Below, piece after piece: positions 17,707-27,737 of a stretch of 64,000 nucleotides of DNA. Numbering within the stretch: the stretch's first letter is position 1; the number at the start of each line of letters is the position of its first letter. The DNA is from a bacterium (GTDB lineage: Bacteria > Verrucomicrobiota > Verrucomicrobiia > Limisphaerales > RI-55). Below the pieces are notes generated by a model that saw only the letters and a program-made list of their open reading frames with translations, was not told where the DNA came from and made no database searches. Where the stretch lies: contig JANLTG010000142.1 in the NCBI GenBank assembly GCA_031362805.1, positions 31,328-95,327 on the forward strand, in the 5' to 3' direction. The translations under genes were made by a program, and so were the position numbers.

Positions 17707-19245
17707 TTACTGCTTCGCCGCTGGCTGGGTGTTCATCGGCTTCAAGGTCAGCGGATCGCGCAATGGCAACTCGACAAGCGGCCCGTTGCTTAAGTCGGTC
17801 AGCTTCGCCGGATGATCCGGGTGTCCTTTCTGGATTTCCGCCTGCTGCCCGACGACGAGGATCACCGCATTCTCCTTGGTCAAATACTTCTTCGCCACGC
17901 GCTGCACTTCGGCCGCGTCAATCGCCTCCACCCGCGCGCGGAATTTCTTCCAGTAATCCGGCTCCTTGGCGTAGCGCCCGGTGAATTCATCGTTGCCAAA
18001 CAAGCCCGCGACTACGGCCTTGTTCGCAAAATTTTCGGGAAACGAATCGATGAAGGAGCGCTTCGCCGTGTTCAGTTCGGTTGCGCTCACCGGCTCTGAT
18101 TTCATGCGCTCCAGCTCGGTGGCGATGATCGAGGCCGCGTAGGACACGGTGCGCGACTTGGATTGAAACACCGCGATGAACGGTCCCGGCGCGTAGATGC
18201 CCGCCTGAAACACCGAACCGGCGCTGTAGGCCAGCCCTTCGTCCGAGCGAATGCGGTTGAGCAGCCGTGACGTGAATCCACCGCCACCCAGCACGTCGTT
18301 CATCACCAGGCACGACAGGTAGTCTGGATCGTCGCGGCGGATGCCGGGCAGCATCAGGGAGACGCGGCCCTGATTTACGTCCTTGTCCACCGTGTAGATG
18401 CCGGGCTTGGCCATCTGTGGATTGGCGGGCGGCGGGGGTGTGCGTTCGCCGGTGAACGGCCAGTCGGCGATGAGCGTGTTCAAGCGACGCGTCATGTCAG
18501 TCACGTCAAAATCACCGGCAACCGCGAAGATGAAATTCTGCGAGTGAACCCGCTGGCGATGAAAGGCCAGCAAGTCATCGCGCGTTATCGCGTTGATGGA
18601 ATCTTTCGTTTCAAGCCGGTTGCTCCAGAACTGCTCGCCGAAGGCCAGGAACCGTCGTTCGCGCTGCTCAATGTCCGCTGCATCGTCGTTGCGCTGCTTC
18701 AGCGCGGCGATGATCTGCTCCTTCTGCAGCGCGAGTTTGTCTTCCTGAAAACGCGGCTCGGCTAGCACTTCCCGGAGGATCACGAAGCCTTCATCGAGGT
18801 CCTTCGTCAGCAGGTTCAAGTGGACGTTGCCTTGAAAGCCCTCGATGCCCGAGCCGAGTTGTGCCGCGAGAAAAGCGGTCCGCTCGTCGAGCTCGGCCGC
18901 AGTCTTCGATTTGATGCCGCCGCGCGTGAGCAGATAACCCATCAGGCCGGCCAGACCTTCCTTGCCCTGCGGATCGAGGTAATCCCCGGCGCGCAGCATG
19001 ATGTCGATATCAACGAGCGGCAGCGCGCGATCGGGCACGAGGTAGGCAATCACGCCCTGGTCTAGCACATGCCGGTGAGTGGCCGGATCGGGCGGTTCAA
19101 AGGTCAACGGCGGGTGGGTGAGTTTTTCGGGCCGGTCGGGGATGTCGGCGGCGATGGCGGCAACTGCGAGAAACAATGCGATGAGACAGCTTGCCCACGA
19201 GCCGACTGAGCGCCGTGGGCGGATGGTAGTCTCCTTCCCCCTCAC
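17707..19245 (-). CDS. M16 family peptidase, non-catalytic partner (no HxxEH motif), secreted
   Basis: M16 fold features are present, but GLAGLMGYLLTRGG replaces the zinc motif. I place the start at the GTG at 19245, giving (M)RGKETTIRPRRSVGSWASCLIALFLAVAAIAAD, a signal peptide. The ORF-track start at 19536 would read through a repeat element. The start remains uncertain. Confidence 0.75.
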   Translation of the reverse strand: MRGKETTIRPRRSVGSWASCLIALFLAVAAIAADIPDRPEKLTHPPLTFEPPDPATHRHVLDQGVIAYLVPDRALPLVDIDIMLRAGDYLDPQGKEGLAGLMGYLLTRGGIKSKTAAELDERTAFLAAQLGSGIEGFQGNVHLNLLTKDLDEGFVILREVLAEPRFQEDKLALQKEQIIAALKQRNDDAADIEQRERRFLAFGEQFWSNRLETKDSINAITRDDLLAFHRQRVHSQNFIFAVAGDFDVTDMTRRLNTLIADWPFTGERTPPPPANPQMAKPGIYTVDKDVNQGRVSLMLPGIRRDDPDYLSCLVMNDVLGGGGFTSRLLNRIRSDEGLAYSAGSVFQAGIYAPGPFIAVFQSKSRTVSYAASIIATELERMKSEPVSATELNTAKRSFIDSFPENFANKAVVAGLFGNDEFTGRYAKEPDYWKKFRARVEAIDAAEVQRVAKKYLTKENAVILVVGQQAEIQKGHPDHPAKLTDLSNGPLVELPLRDPLTLKPMNTQPAAKQ

Positions 19246-19436
19246 CCCGGCCCTCTCCCTTGGGGAGAGGGAGCCAACTGCGGTGCTGATTGGTGATTTG
19301 AGCACGCACCGCCCATTCGCTGGCGTCAGATCCCGAAATCCAAACGGCGCGGCAACGCTCCCGAGCTTCGGCAGCTCAAGACGGCAGCGACTCCTTCTCC
19401 CTCTCCCCGAGGGAGAGGGTTGGGGTGAGGGGGAAG
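19234..19436. mobile_element. MITE-like element with 40-bp terminal inverted repeats
   Basis: 19234-19273 CTTCCCCCTCACCCCGGCCCTCTCCCTTGGGGAGAGGGAG matches the reverse complement of 19397-19436, CTTCCCCCTCACCCCAACCCTCTCCCTCGGGGAGAGGGAG, at 37 of 40 positions. The spacer is 123 bp. Each arm contains its own small hairpin (CCCTCTCCC..GGGAGAGGG). Confidence 0.7.
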
Positions 19437-19532
19437 CGAGACCGCGGTTCTCAGAAAGTGGTGAAGTCTTCATGGTCCAATCTTTGGCGATGGTGTTCAA
19501 CCCGCTGACCGTTACGTTCGGCTGACACGCTT

Positions 19533-21290
19533 TCACTTTCCAGCCTCCAGCTCCGCGATGCGGCTTTGCATCTTCTTCAGGTAAACCTGGAAGAACGCCT
19601 TCTGTTCCTCGGGCACCTGCGCGGCGCGGCCCTGCATTTGTTCCAGCGCCGGTTTGAGCTTGGTGACATCTTTCTGCTGCTTGAGCTGGCTGACAAGTTG
19701 TTGGATGGCGCCCTTCTGTTCGTCGGTCAGGCCCGCGAGATCGGCGTCCACTTCCGCACCGGTGCCCGGCTTGCGGGTGAAGATGCCGACCGCCCGGTTT
19801 TCTTTTGTGAAATACTTCTTTGCCACGCGCTGGACGTCCTCCGCCGTGATCGCCTGAATCTTCGCCCCGACGGCGTTCAGCTCGCGCCAGTCACCGAGGC
19901 CATCGAGAAAGATGAGTTGATGGAGAATGCTCACGCTCGAATTGAGTTTGCGATACTCAAGCGCGGCGTATTGATTCTTCACCTTCTGCAACTCCACCGC
20001 CGGCACGGGTTCGTTCTTCAACCGATCCAGCTCGGCGTAAATGCCTTGCTCGACTTCTTCCGGCGTCTTGCCGTCCCGCGCCTCGCCGCCCGCGTTGAAC
20101 AGGCCGGCCCACTTCTTCGAAGTCTGCGCGCCAAACGCCTGTGTCGCCACTTCGCGGCCGAGCACCAGCCCTTGATACAGCCGGCCGGTCCGGCCCATGA
20201 GCAATTGCGCCAGCACGGACAGCGCGTAGCTGTCCGGGTGTTTGAACGGCACGGTGTGCCAGTAGATGTCCACCTGCGGGTTGGCCTCGACCTCGGCGAA
20301 CATCCGTTTCTCGACCTCTTGCGGCATTTCCAACGTGACCACGTCGGGCGGATCAACCTTGCCGCGCGGGATGCGCTCGAAGTAACGGCGAACGAGCGGC
20401 TCGGCCTCCGCCGACGAGAAATCGCCGACGAGGATCAACGTGATGTTCTGCGGCGAGTAGTAGATCGAATAGAACTCGTCCGCCTGCGCTTTGCTGATCG
20501 CCGGGATGTCCGACGGCCAGCCGATGACCGGCCAGCCGTACGGGTGCGACTGCCAGAACATCGCGAGATGCGCCTCGGCAGCCTTGCCCAGCGGATCGGT
20601 CTCCGTGCGTTCACGCCGCTCCTCGAAGACCACGTCGCGCTCGGCGTAGAACTCCCGGAACACCGGCCGCAACAGGCGCTCGCTTTCCATCCACATCCAT
20701 AGCTCGAGCTTGTTCGCCGGGACGTTGATGAAGTAACCGGTCAAGTCCTCGGTCGTGAACGCGTTCATCCCCGACGCGCCGGCGGTCGTGTAGATGCGAT
20801 CGAATTCATTTGGCACCAGCAGTTCGCGCTGCGCCTCGACCAGTTTCTTGAACTCAGCGGACAACTCCTGGTAGCGCGCCGTGAACGTGTCCGGGTTCTG
20901 CAAGTCCGCGATCTCGCCGCGGCGCCACAGCGTCCGCATGTGCGCCTCCTCCGCGCGCATCAAATCGCGCACGCGTTCCTGTTCGGCGATGACCTGCTGA
21001 TCCTTGGCGTAATCCTTGGTGCCCAGCGTCGGTGTGCCTTTGAACATCATGTGCTCGAAGAGGTGCGCGATGCCCGTGATGCCGGGCCGCTCGTTGGAGC
21101 TTCCGACGTGCGCGACCCATCCGCCGGCGATTGTAGGGTTGTCGTGGCGCTCGACCAGCAAGAGGTGCATACCGTTCGCGAGTTGCACTTCCTTGACGGG
21201 CAACTGTTGGGCGGAAGCCGACACCATTGAGGCGGCAAGCAGGAGCGCTGCGATCCGACTGAGGAGGTACAGTTGAGGCAATGGTTTCAT
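19533..21290 (-). CDS. M16 family zinc peptidase (pitrilysin/insulinase-like), catalytic subunit, secreted
   Basis: Start chosen at MKPLPQLYLLSRIAALLLAASMVSASAQQ (signal peptide) within ORF 19533..21821. Zinc motif GIAHLFEHMMFKGT (HxxEH). Confidence 0.85.
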   Translation of the reverse strand: MKPLPQLYLLSRIAALLLAASMVSASAQQLPVKEVQLANGMHLLLVERHDNPTIAGGWVAHVGSSNERPGITGIAHLFEHMMFKGTPTLGTKDYAKDQQVIAEQERVRDLMRAEEAHMRTLWRRGEIADLQNPDTFTARYQELSAEFKKLVEAQRELLVPNEFDRIYTTAGASGMNAFTTEDLTGYFINVPANKLELWMWMESERLLRPVFREFYAERDVVFEERRERTETDPLGKAAEAHLAMFWQSHPYGWPVIGWPSDIPAISKAQADEFYSIYYSPQNITLILVGDFSSAEAEPLVRRYFERIPRGKVDPPDVVTLEMPQEVEKRMFAEVEANPQVDIYWHTVPFKHPDSYALSVLAQLLMGRTGRLYQGLVLGREVATQAFGAQTSKKWAGLFNAGGEARDGKTPEEVEQGIYAELDRLKNEPVPAVELQKVKNQYAALEYRKLNSSVSILHQLIFLDGLGDWRELNAVGAKIQAITAEDVQRVAKKYFTKENRAVGIFTRKPGTGAEVDADLAGLTDEQKGAIQQLVSQLKQQKDVTKLKPALEQMQGRAAQVPEEQKAFFQVYLKKMQSRIAELEAGK

Positions 21291-21427
21291 TGGAATGGTG
21301 CCGGCAAGCTTGCCCGAGAGCGTTTCACGGTCAATCGACATTCTGCGCGGGGAGCGCTGGAACAAGGGCGACCAGTCGGGGTCGGGCAATGGCGGTGGGC
21401 GGCGCTCGCCGGGTGAGGCGGGTGGCG

Positions 21428-23560
21428 CTACCTTTGGCCTGGCTTCATCCCCAGATTCTTCACGAGGAAGGCCCACATGTCCGCGCGTTCCTCGATCTGC
21501 TTCGAAGTCGGTTTGCCCGCGCCGTGGCCGGCCTTGGTCTCGATGCGGATGAGTACCGGGTTCGGGCACGACTGCACTTCCTGCAAGCGGGCCGCGTATT
21601 TGAAGCTGTGCGCCGGCACCACGCGATCGTCGTGATCCGCGGTGGTGATCAATGTCGGCGGGTAGCAGACGCCGGGCTTCAGATTGTGATAGGGCGAGTA
21701 GGCAAGCAGCGCCTTGAATTCCTCCGCGTTGTCCGCGCTGCCGTAGTCGCTGGTCCAGGCCCAGCCGATGGTGAACTTGTGGAAGCGCAGCATGTCCATC
21801 ACGCCCACCGCCGGCAGGCACGCGCCGAACAGGTCAGGCCGCTGGTTCATGCACGCGCCGACGAGCAGGCCCCCATTCGAGCCGCCAAAAATCGCGAGCT
21901 TCGGCGGCGAGGTATACTTCTCGGCGATCAGGTACTCGGCGGCCGCGATGAAGTCGTCGAAGACGTTCTGCTTTTGCAGCTTGGTGCCGGCCGCGTGCCA
22001 TTGCTCGCCGTACTCCCCGCCGCCGCGCAGGTTGGCCACGCAATAGACTCCGCCGAGATCGAGCCAGCCGGCGATGGCCGGCGAGTAGCCCGGAGTCATG
22101 CTGATGTTGAAACCGCCGTAGGCGTACAGCAGCGTGGGATTCGCGCCGCCGAGCTTCAGTCCCTTGCGATGTGTGATGAACATCGGAATCTTCGTGCCGT
22201 CCTTGCTCGGATAGAAAACCTGGCGTGTCTCGTAAGCAGCCGAATCGAACGCTGTCTCGGGCTTGCGCCACACGGTGCTCGCGTAGTTGTTCAAATCGAG
22301 CCGATAGCTCGTGGCCGGCGTGGTGTAGCTGGTGAACGAGAAGAACGTTTCGGTATCCGTTTGGTCGCCATCGAATCCGCCCACTGTTCCGATGCCCGGC
22401 AGTTCCAGTTCGCGAATCAACGCGCCCGACGTGGCAAACACCTTCACCTGGCTGCGCGCGTCGCGCAGGTAATGCGCGATGAAACGGCCGCCCACATGGC
22501 TCACCCCGGTCAACGTGGCGTCGCTCTCGGGAATGACCTCGCGCCAGCGATCACGGGCCGGTTCACGCACGTCGATGGCGATCAGGCGATACCGCGCTGC
22601 GCTTAGGTCGGTGCGAAAATAAAACACCGGCCCGTCGTTGCCGACGAAGTCATAGGCCGCGTCGAAGTCCATCAATAGCTCCACGACTTTCGCGTTGGGC
22701 TCGGTGAGATCGCGATACAGAATCCGTTTCTTCGGCGAGGTGCCCTGCGAGCTGGTGATTACCAGGTAGCGCCCGTCGTCCGTCACTTCGCCCCCGAAAT
22801 TCCAATCCTTGTGATCGGGCCGCTCGTAAACGAGTTCGTCCTTCGCCTGATCGGTCCAGAGCCGGTGGTGGTAAAGCTTGTGAAAGTAATTCGCCTTGCT
22901 GAGCTTCTCTGTCTCGACCGGTTCGTCGTAGCGACTGTAGAAAAATCCTTTGCCGTCCTTGGTCCATGCCGCGCTGGAGAACTTCACCCACTTGATGATC
23001 TCGGGCAATTCGTCACCCGATTTGACTTCGCGAATGCGGATCTCCTCCCAGTCCGAGCCCGCAACGGAAGTTTCATAGGCGAGCCAGTTGCCGTCCTGGG
23101 TCGGGTGCGCGCCGGTCATCGCGATGGTGCCGTCGGTGGAGAGCTGGTTCGGATCGAGCAAGACGCGAGGCTCGGCGCTCAGCGAATCGAGGACGTAGAG
23201 CACGCTCTGATTCTGGAGCCCATCGTTGCGCGTGACGAAGTAACGGCTGCCGGCTTTCTCGGGCAAGCCCCAGCGCTCGTAGTTCCACAGTTTCGTCAGG
23301 CGGCGCTTGATCGTTTCACGCTCGGGAATCTGTTCGAGGTAGCCGAGCGTTACCGCGTTCTGTGCCGCGACCCACGCCTTGGTTTCCGGCGCGTTGTCGT
23401 CTTCGAGCCAGCGATAAGGATCGGCCACGACGGTGCCGTGGTAGTTGTCGGATTGCTCGGCGTGGCGAGTCTGGGGATAGGCAAAAGGCTTCATGGAGGC
23501 GCAACCGGCCACGAACAGCATGCCGCCGGTCAACAGCGCAAACGTAGCAAAGTGTTTCAT
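21428..23560 (-). CDS. prolyl oligopeptidase (S9A) lipoprotein
   Basis: Start chosen at MKHFATFALLTGGMLFVAGC (lipobox). DPYRWLED N-terminal signature, catalytic GGSNGGLLVG, and C-terminal ADHDDRV...GHG. Confidence 0.9.
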   Translation of the reverse strand: MKHFATFALLTGGMLFVAGCASMKPFAYPQTRHAEQSDNYHGTVVADPYRWLEDDNAPETKAWVAAQNAVTLGYLEQIPERETIKRRLTKLWNYERWGLPEKAGSRYFVTRNDGLQNQSVLYVLDSLSAEPRVLLDPNQLSTDGTIAMTGAHPTQDGNWLAYETSVAGSDWEEIRIREVKSGDELPEIIKWVKFSSAAWTKDGKGFFYSRYDEPVETEKLSKANYFHKLYHHRLWTDQAKDELVYERPDHKDWNFGGEVTDDGRYLVITSSQGTSPKKRILYRDLTEPNAKVVELLMDFDAAYDFVGNDGPVFYFRTDLSAARYRLIAIDVREPARDRWREVIPESDATLTGVSHVGGRFIAHYLRDARSQVKVFATSGALIRELELPGIGTVGGFDGDQTDTETFFSFTSYTTPATSYRLDLNNYASTVWRKPETAFDSAAYETRQVFYPSKDGTKIPMFITHRKGLKLGGANPTLLYAYGGFNISMTPGYSPAIAGWLDLGGVYCVANLRGGGEYGEQWHAAGTKLQKQNVFDDFIAAAEYLIAEKYTSPPKLAIFGGSNGGLLVGACMNQRPDLFGACLPAVGVMDMLRFHKFTIGWAWTSDYGSADNAEEFKALLAYSPYHNLKPGVCYPPTLITTADHDDRVVPAHSFKYAARLQEVQSCPNPVLIRIETKAGHGAGKPTSKQIEERADMWAFLVKNLGMKPGQR

Positions 23561-23684
23561 GGCCGGATACGATTCCGGAACTTCTGGCAAAGACAAGCCT
23601 CGAGCCGGAGCGGTTCCGGAGAAGCGCTCCACCTTGGCTGGAATTTGAATTCACAGATTGCGACGGGACCAGCACTCTCCCGTC

Positions 23685-25052
23685 ATGTCGGCCGTGAAAC
23701 CTCCCGCCCCGCCGGGAATGCCCCTGCACACGCGCATTCTGCTGGGCCTCGCCGTCGGGGTCGCTGCCGGGCTCACTGTCAATTTCGTCTGGGGCGGGCA
23801 ACACAGCTCAGTGGATTGGCTCGTGGCCAACATCACCGAGCCCATCGGCCAGCTCTTCCTGCGGTTGCTGCTGCTCACGGTGATTCCCCTCGTGTTCAGC
23901 TCGCTGGTCGTGGGTATTGCTGGAATTGGCGATGTGCGAAAGCTCGGGCGCGTGGGCCTCAAGTCCTTCGGCTATTGCCTCGTCATCTCCGCCATCTCCG
24001 TCGCCATCGGCATTGGGCTCGTCAACACGCTGCAACCCGGCAAACGCGTCGACCCAGTGACGGCCGCCGCCTTGAAGGATCGCTACGGTGCCGAGGCCGA
24101 GAAGCGGGTGGCCGACGAAAAGAGCAAAGCGGCGGCGGTTGACGCCCCGCTCATGCAGGCGGTCAAGATGATCGTCCCGAAGAATCCTTTCTTCGCAGTC
24201 GGCAGCAAGGAAGACCCCGACATGCTGCACCTGCTTTCGTTCGCGCTCGTGTTCGGGATCGCGTTGACCCTGGTGCCGCGCGAGCGCGCCGCGCCGGTGC
24301 TCGCTTTGCTGGATGGTCTGTACGCGGTCGCGGGCAAGATCATCGACCTGATCATGAAGCTCGCGCCTTTTGCCGTCGCGTGCCTGCTGTTCAACAACAC
24401 GGCGCGCTTCGGGCTCGACCTGTTGCTCGCGCTCGGCTGGTTCGTGGGCACCGTGCTGCTGGGTCTGGCGTTGCACATGTTCGGGGTGTACTCGGTGTCT
24501 GTCCGGTTCCTGTCGCGCATCTCCCCCTTCGAGTTCTTCCGGCGCATCAAGACGGTGCTGCTCACCGCATTCTCCACGTCCTCGTCCGCGGCCACGTTGC
24601 CAACTACGCTGCGGGTGACCGAGGAAAACCTCCGGGTGCCGCGCGAGATCAACAGCTTCGTGCTCACCGTTGGAGCGACCGCGAATCAAAACGGCACCGC
24701 ATTGTACGAGGGCGTCACGGTCTTGTTCCTCGCGCAACTCGCCGGCGTGGACCTGACGCTCGGCCAGCAGATCATGGTGGCGTGGCTGGCGATCCTCGGC
24801 GGCATCGGCACGGCCGGCGTGCCGTCGGGATCGCTGCCGTTCATCATCGTCGTGCTCGCGACCATCAACGTGAACCCGGCGCTTATCGCCATCATTCTTG
24901 GCGTGGACCGCATTCTCGACATGTGCCGCACGACCCTCAACGTCGCGGGCGACATAACGGCCGCCACCTTCGTCGCGCGCTCGGAAGGCTACGCGTTACT
25001 GGATGAACCGGGTGCCGGTACGCAGGTGAAGCAGGCGGTGGCTGAAACTTGA
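23685..25052 (+). CDS. dicarboxylate/amino acid:cation symporter (DAACS family)
   Basis: Multi-pass membrane protein with family motifs (AFSTSSSAATLP, VGATANQNGTALYEG, GIGTAGVPSGSL, DRILDMCRTTLNVAGD). I prefer the ATG at 23685 over the TTG at 23658. Confidence 0.85.
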   Translation: MSAVKPPAPPGMPLHTRILLGLAVGVAAGLTVNFVWGGQHSSVDWLVANITEPIGQLFLRLLLLTVIPLVFSSLVVGIAGIGDVRKLGRVGLKSFGYCLVISAISVAIGIGLVNTLQPGKRVDPVTAAALKDRYGAEAEKRVADEKSKAAAVDAPLMQAVKMIVPKNPFFAVGSKEDPDMLHLLSFALVFGIALTLVPRERAAPVLALLDGLYAVAGKIIDLIMKLAPFAVACLLFNNTARFGLDLLLALGWFVGTVLLGLALHMFGVYSVSVRFLSRISPFEFFRRIKTVLLTAFSTSSSAATLPTTLRVTEENLRVPREINSFVLTVGATANQNGTALYEGVTVLFLAQLAGVDLTLGQQIMVAWLAILGGIGTAGVPSGSLPFIIVVLATINVNPALIAIILGVDRILDMCRTTLNVAGDITAATFVARSEGYALLDEPGAGTQVKQAVAET

Positions 25053-25160
25053 TTTGAACAAGCTGCCCGCCCGCCCCGGGCCGATCGGGAGATCGGCGTT
25101 CCTTGCCGAATTGCTCCGGGCTAGACAAAACGATTTGGCGGCTGCGTCCTCCAATAGAAC

Positions 25161-25679
25161 ATGCCGGATAATCTGGAACGCCTTTACGACGCGCACGCGC
25201 CGTCGCTGTACGCGTTCCTGTTGAACCTCACGCGAGACGACGCGACGACCCGCGATCTGTTGCAGGAGGTGTTCATCAGGCTCGCGCGCCAGCCGGAGCT
25301 TCTGCGTGCCGCCCGTGACGAACGCGCCTTTCTGCTGCGGCTCGCTCACAACGCGGCCATCGACACCTTTCGCCGGCAGTCCACGCGCGAGCGGAACTTC
25401 GAGGCGTTCGGCGCGGAGCAGGTCGGGTTATTTGCGGCGTCCGCCGATCCCGATGAGGCCGAGTTCCGCCGGCAACTGGCTGCCGCGCTCGGCGAGTTGC
25501 CGCCCGACCAGCGTGCCGTCGTGCATCTCAAACTGTGGGAAGGACTCACCTTCGACGCCCTCGCCGAATTGCTCGGCATCCCACTGAACACTGCGGCCAG
25601 CCGGTATCGGTACGGGCTAGACAAACTCCGCGAGCGGTTGCGTCCCCTTTATGACGAGATCAAACATGGACGACTTTGA
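25161..25679 (+). CDS. ECF-type RNA polymerase sigma factor
   Basis: Region 2 (LLQEVFIRLAR...AFLLRLAHNAAIDTFRR) and region 4 (LPPDQRAVVHLKLWEGLTFDALAELLGIPLNTAASRYRYGLDKLRE). 172 aa. Confidence 0.9.
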   Translation: MPDNLERLYDAHAPSLYAFLLNLTRDDATTRDLLQEVFIRLARQPELLRAARDERAFLLRLAHNAAIDTFRRQSTRERNFEAFGAEQVGLFAASADPDEAEFRRQLAAALGELPPDQRAVVHLKLWEGLTFDALAELLGIPLNTAASRYRYGLDKLRERLRPLYDEIKHGRL

Positions 25680-26091
25680 ACAACAGTTGCGCCGCCAGGC
25701 ACTGGCAACACCGCCCGCGAACTGGCGCGCCGAGATTCTGGAAGCCGCACGATTGGCTTCCCCATCGGGCAGCCGGGAGACGGGGCCAACCTTGATCGCC
25801 ACACTTCGCGAATGGCTTTGGCCGCACCCGGCGGCGTGGGCTTCGCTGGCGGCTATCTGGCTGGTGCTGTTCAGCGTGCATCACCAGACGGAGTCCGCGA
25901 TTCAAGCCGGGCTGATCGCGAGCCGGGTGGATCCCCGCGAAGTGCTTGAAGCCTTCGCGCAGCGACAGCACGCAACGGAAAGACTTTTGGCGGGGCTCGA
26001 TTTCGAAACACCGATCATCGATGCGGATCGCTTGCGGCCGGTTCACCGGCTGCCTCCGAATGGACCGCCGCTGATGCTGCTTACCACCTGA
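25666..26091 (+). CDS. putative anti-sigma factor (single-pass membrane protein)
   Basis: It overlaps the sigma gene end by 14 nt. MDDFEQQLRRQALATPP is followed by a TM segment (AAWASLAAIWLVLFSV). The call rests on position and architecture only. Confidence 0.5.
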   Translation: MDDFEQQLRRQALATPPANWRAEILEAARLASPSGSRETGPTLIATLREWLWPHPAAWASLAAIWLVLFSVHHQTESAIQAGLIASRVDPREVLEAFAQRQHATERLLAGLDFETPIIDADRLRPVHRLPPNGPPLMLLTT

Positions 26092-26100
26092 ACAATTTTT

Positions 26101-27609
26101 ATGAACGACAAGAAACCTTCCCGCCTGGTTCGCTGGCTGAACTGCATCGCGTTCACGCTGGCAGTGTTGATCACCCTCGTCGCGGTGGTCGTGATCTTCG
26201 AGAACTGGCGGGGCAATCGTGCCTGGCGGAACTACCTCGCCGAGCAGGAGGCCAAGGGCGAAGTGCTCGACTGGCGCAAGCTGGTGCCGCCGCCGGTGCC
26301 CGACGACCAGAACTTCGCCAAGACGCCGTTGCTCGCGAAGCTGACTGATTACACTTACGATCCACAGACGGGTAAGGCGACGTTTGCTGACCCTGAAGCG
26401 AAGGCCCGCCTGGAGGGAATGTTTGCGTGGCAGACTCCGCTCAAAGGCGAGGGTGCCTGGCGCAAGACGCTCCGCACGGATTGGACGAACATGCAGTCCA
26501 GTGTGCGTGCGCTGACCAACTCGGAGTTGCCCGCCATCAAGGCGTTGCTGGCACGACCCGTTGGCAAACCGACTGATGATCTCCTATTTCTTCTCGCCCA
26601 GAACAAAGCTGAATTGGATGAGATCACCGCCGCCGCCCAGCGACCTTACTCAAACTTTGGTGTTCATTTTGGGGAGGGAATGATGGCGTTGCTGCCGCAG
26701 TTGATGGTGATCAGGAAGTTCGCCTCTGCCCTCCGATTGCGCGCCCTGACGGAACTTGAAGCGAGTCGGCCGGATGCCGCGCTGACGGACCTGCAAACCA
26801 TCCTCGCCCTCAGTGACGCGTCAAAGGGGGATCCCATTCTGATCAACCTGCTGGTCCGGCTTGCCGTGATGGAGACCGGCCTTCAAGCAGTCTGGGAGGG
26901 CCTCGCACAGCACAAGTGGACCGACGCCCAGCTTCATGTGATCGAGGGCCGGTTGGCTGGAATCGATCCCGTGGCCGACGCGCTCATTGTCCTGCGCGGC
27001 GAACGTGCCTTTGGCATGCTGGCGCTCGATCAAATGTACCGACCGGACTCGGCGGGCTTCCCGAAGCGCGGCGATGGCGAGTTCCCTGAATTCAAGTTCC
27101 TGCCTTCCGGTTGGGTCAGCCAGAACAAGCTGAGCATCGCCCGGATGTATGAGCGCTTCACGTTCGGAGCGTTTGACTCAGCCAAGCAACGCGTCGACAT
27201 CAAACTGGCCCGTCAGTACGAGCGCGAAGTCGAAGCGACTCTTGGCAAATTCGGCCCCTATACGCTCATGGCCAGGATGTTATTCCCCGCCATCAGCAAG
27301 GCGGGAATCAAGGTGGCCAGCACGCAAACCGCGTTGCATCTCGCGCGCGTCGCCTGCGCCCTCGAACGGCATCGCCTCGCCGACGGCAAGTACCCCGCCG
27401 ACCTTTCCGCGCTCGCACCGCGTTTCCTGCCGAAGCTGCCCGCCGATCTCGACGAGCAACCACTCCGCTACCGGCTCGAAGCTAATGGGCAATTCATCCT
27501 CTACTCCATCGGCAGCGACCTCGTGGATGACAACGGCCGCATCGGCAAATCCTCCCCCCGGGTCACCGTCGACGAAGGTGACTGGGTCTGGAAGTATCCG
27601 ACGCCGTGA
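26101..27609 (+). CDS. membrane-anchored hypothetical protein (N-terminal TM, large extracytoplasmic domain)
   Basis: 502-aa ORF with an N-terminal TM (LNCIAFTLAVLITLVAVVVIF), 9 nt after the anti-sigma candidate. I recognise no family. Confidence 0.6.
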   Translation: MNDKKPSRLVRWLNCIAFTLAVLITLVAVVVIFENWRGNRAWRNYLAEQEAKGEVLDWRKLVPPPVPDDQNFAKTPLLAKLTDYTYDPQTGKATFADPEAKARLEGMFAWQTPLKGEGAWRKTLRTDWTNMQSSVRALTNSELPAIKALLARPVGKPTDDLLFLLAQNKAELDEITAAAQRPYSNFGVHFGEGMMALLPQLMVIRKFASALRLRALTELEASRPDAALTDLQTILALSDASKGDPILINLLVRLAVMETGLQAVWEGLAQHKWTDAQLHVIEGRLAGIDPVADALIVLRGERAFGMLALDQMYRPDSAGFPKRGDGEFPEFKFLPSGWVSQNKLSIARMYERFTFGAFDSAKQRVDIKLARQYEREVEATLGKFGPYTLMARMLFPAISKAGIKVASTQTALHLARVACALERHRLADGKYPADLSALAPRFLPKLPADLDEQPLRYRLEANGQFILYSIGSDLVDDNGRIGKSSPRVTVDEGDWVWKYPTP

Positions 27610-27737
27610 CCGCCAGTTGCGAGGGGGCATCCGCTGTTCCCCGGAGCGCCGGTCTCCGACCCGGCGTGTCTTTCCCGCGGCGAAATCTACTCAAGACTTT
27701 CCATTCCCACGTTCGCCGTCATAGCTTCCGGAATTCT

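Noticed and set aside
21291-21821. N-terminal extensions of ORF-track entries. Examples: M16 at 21821, the second M16 at 19536, the prolyl oligopeptidase at 23632, ppsA at 37596, the DtxR-like regulator at 51911, rlmN at 33220, GGT at 27606 and bioB at 58714.
   Set aside because: The extensions are Arg/Pro-rich and lack family similarity. They precede an internal Met that is followed directly by a signal peptide or the conserved N-terminus, so I used the downstream starts.
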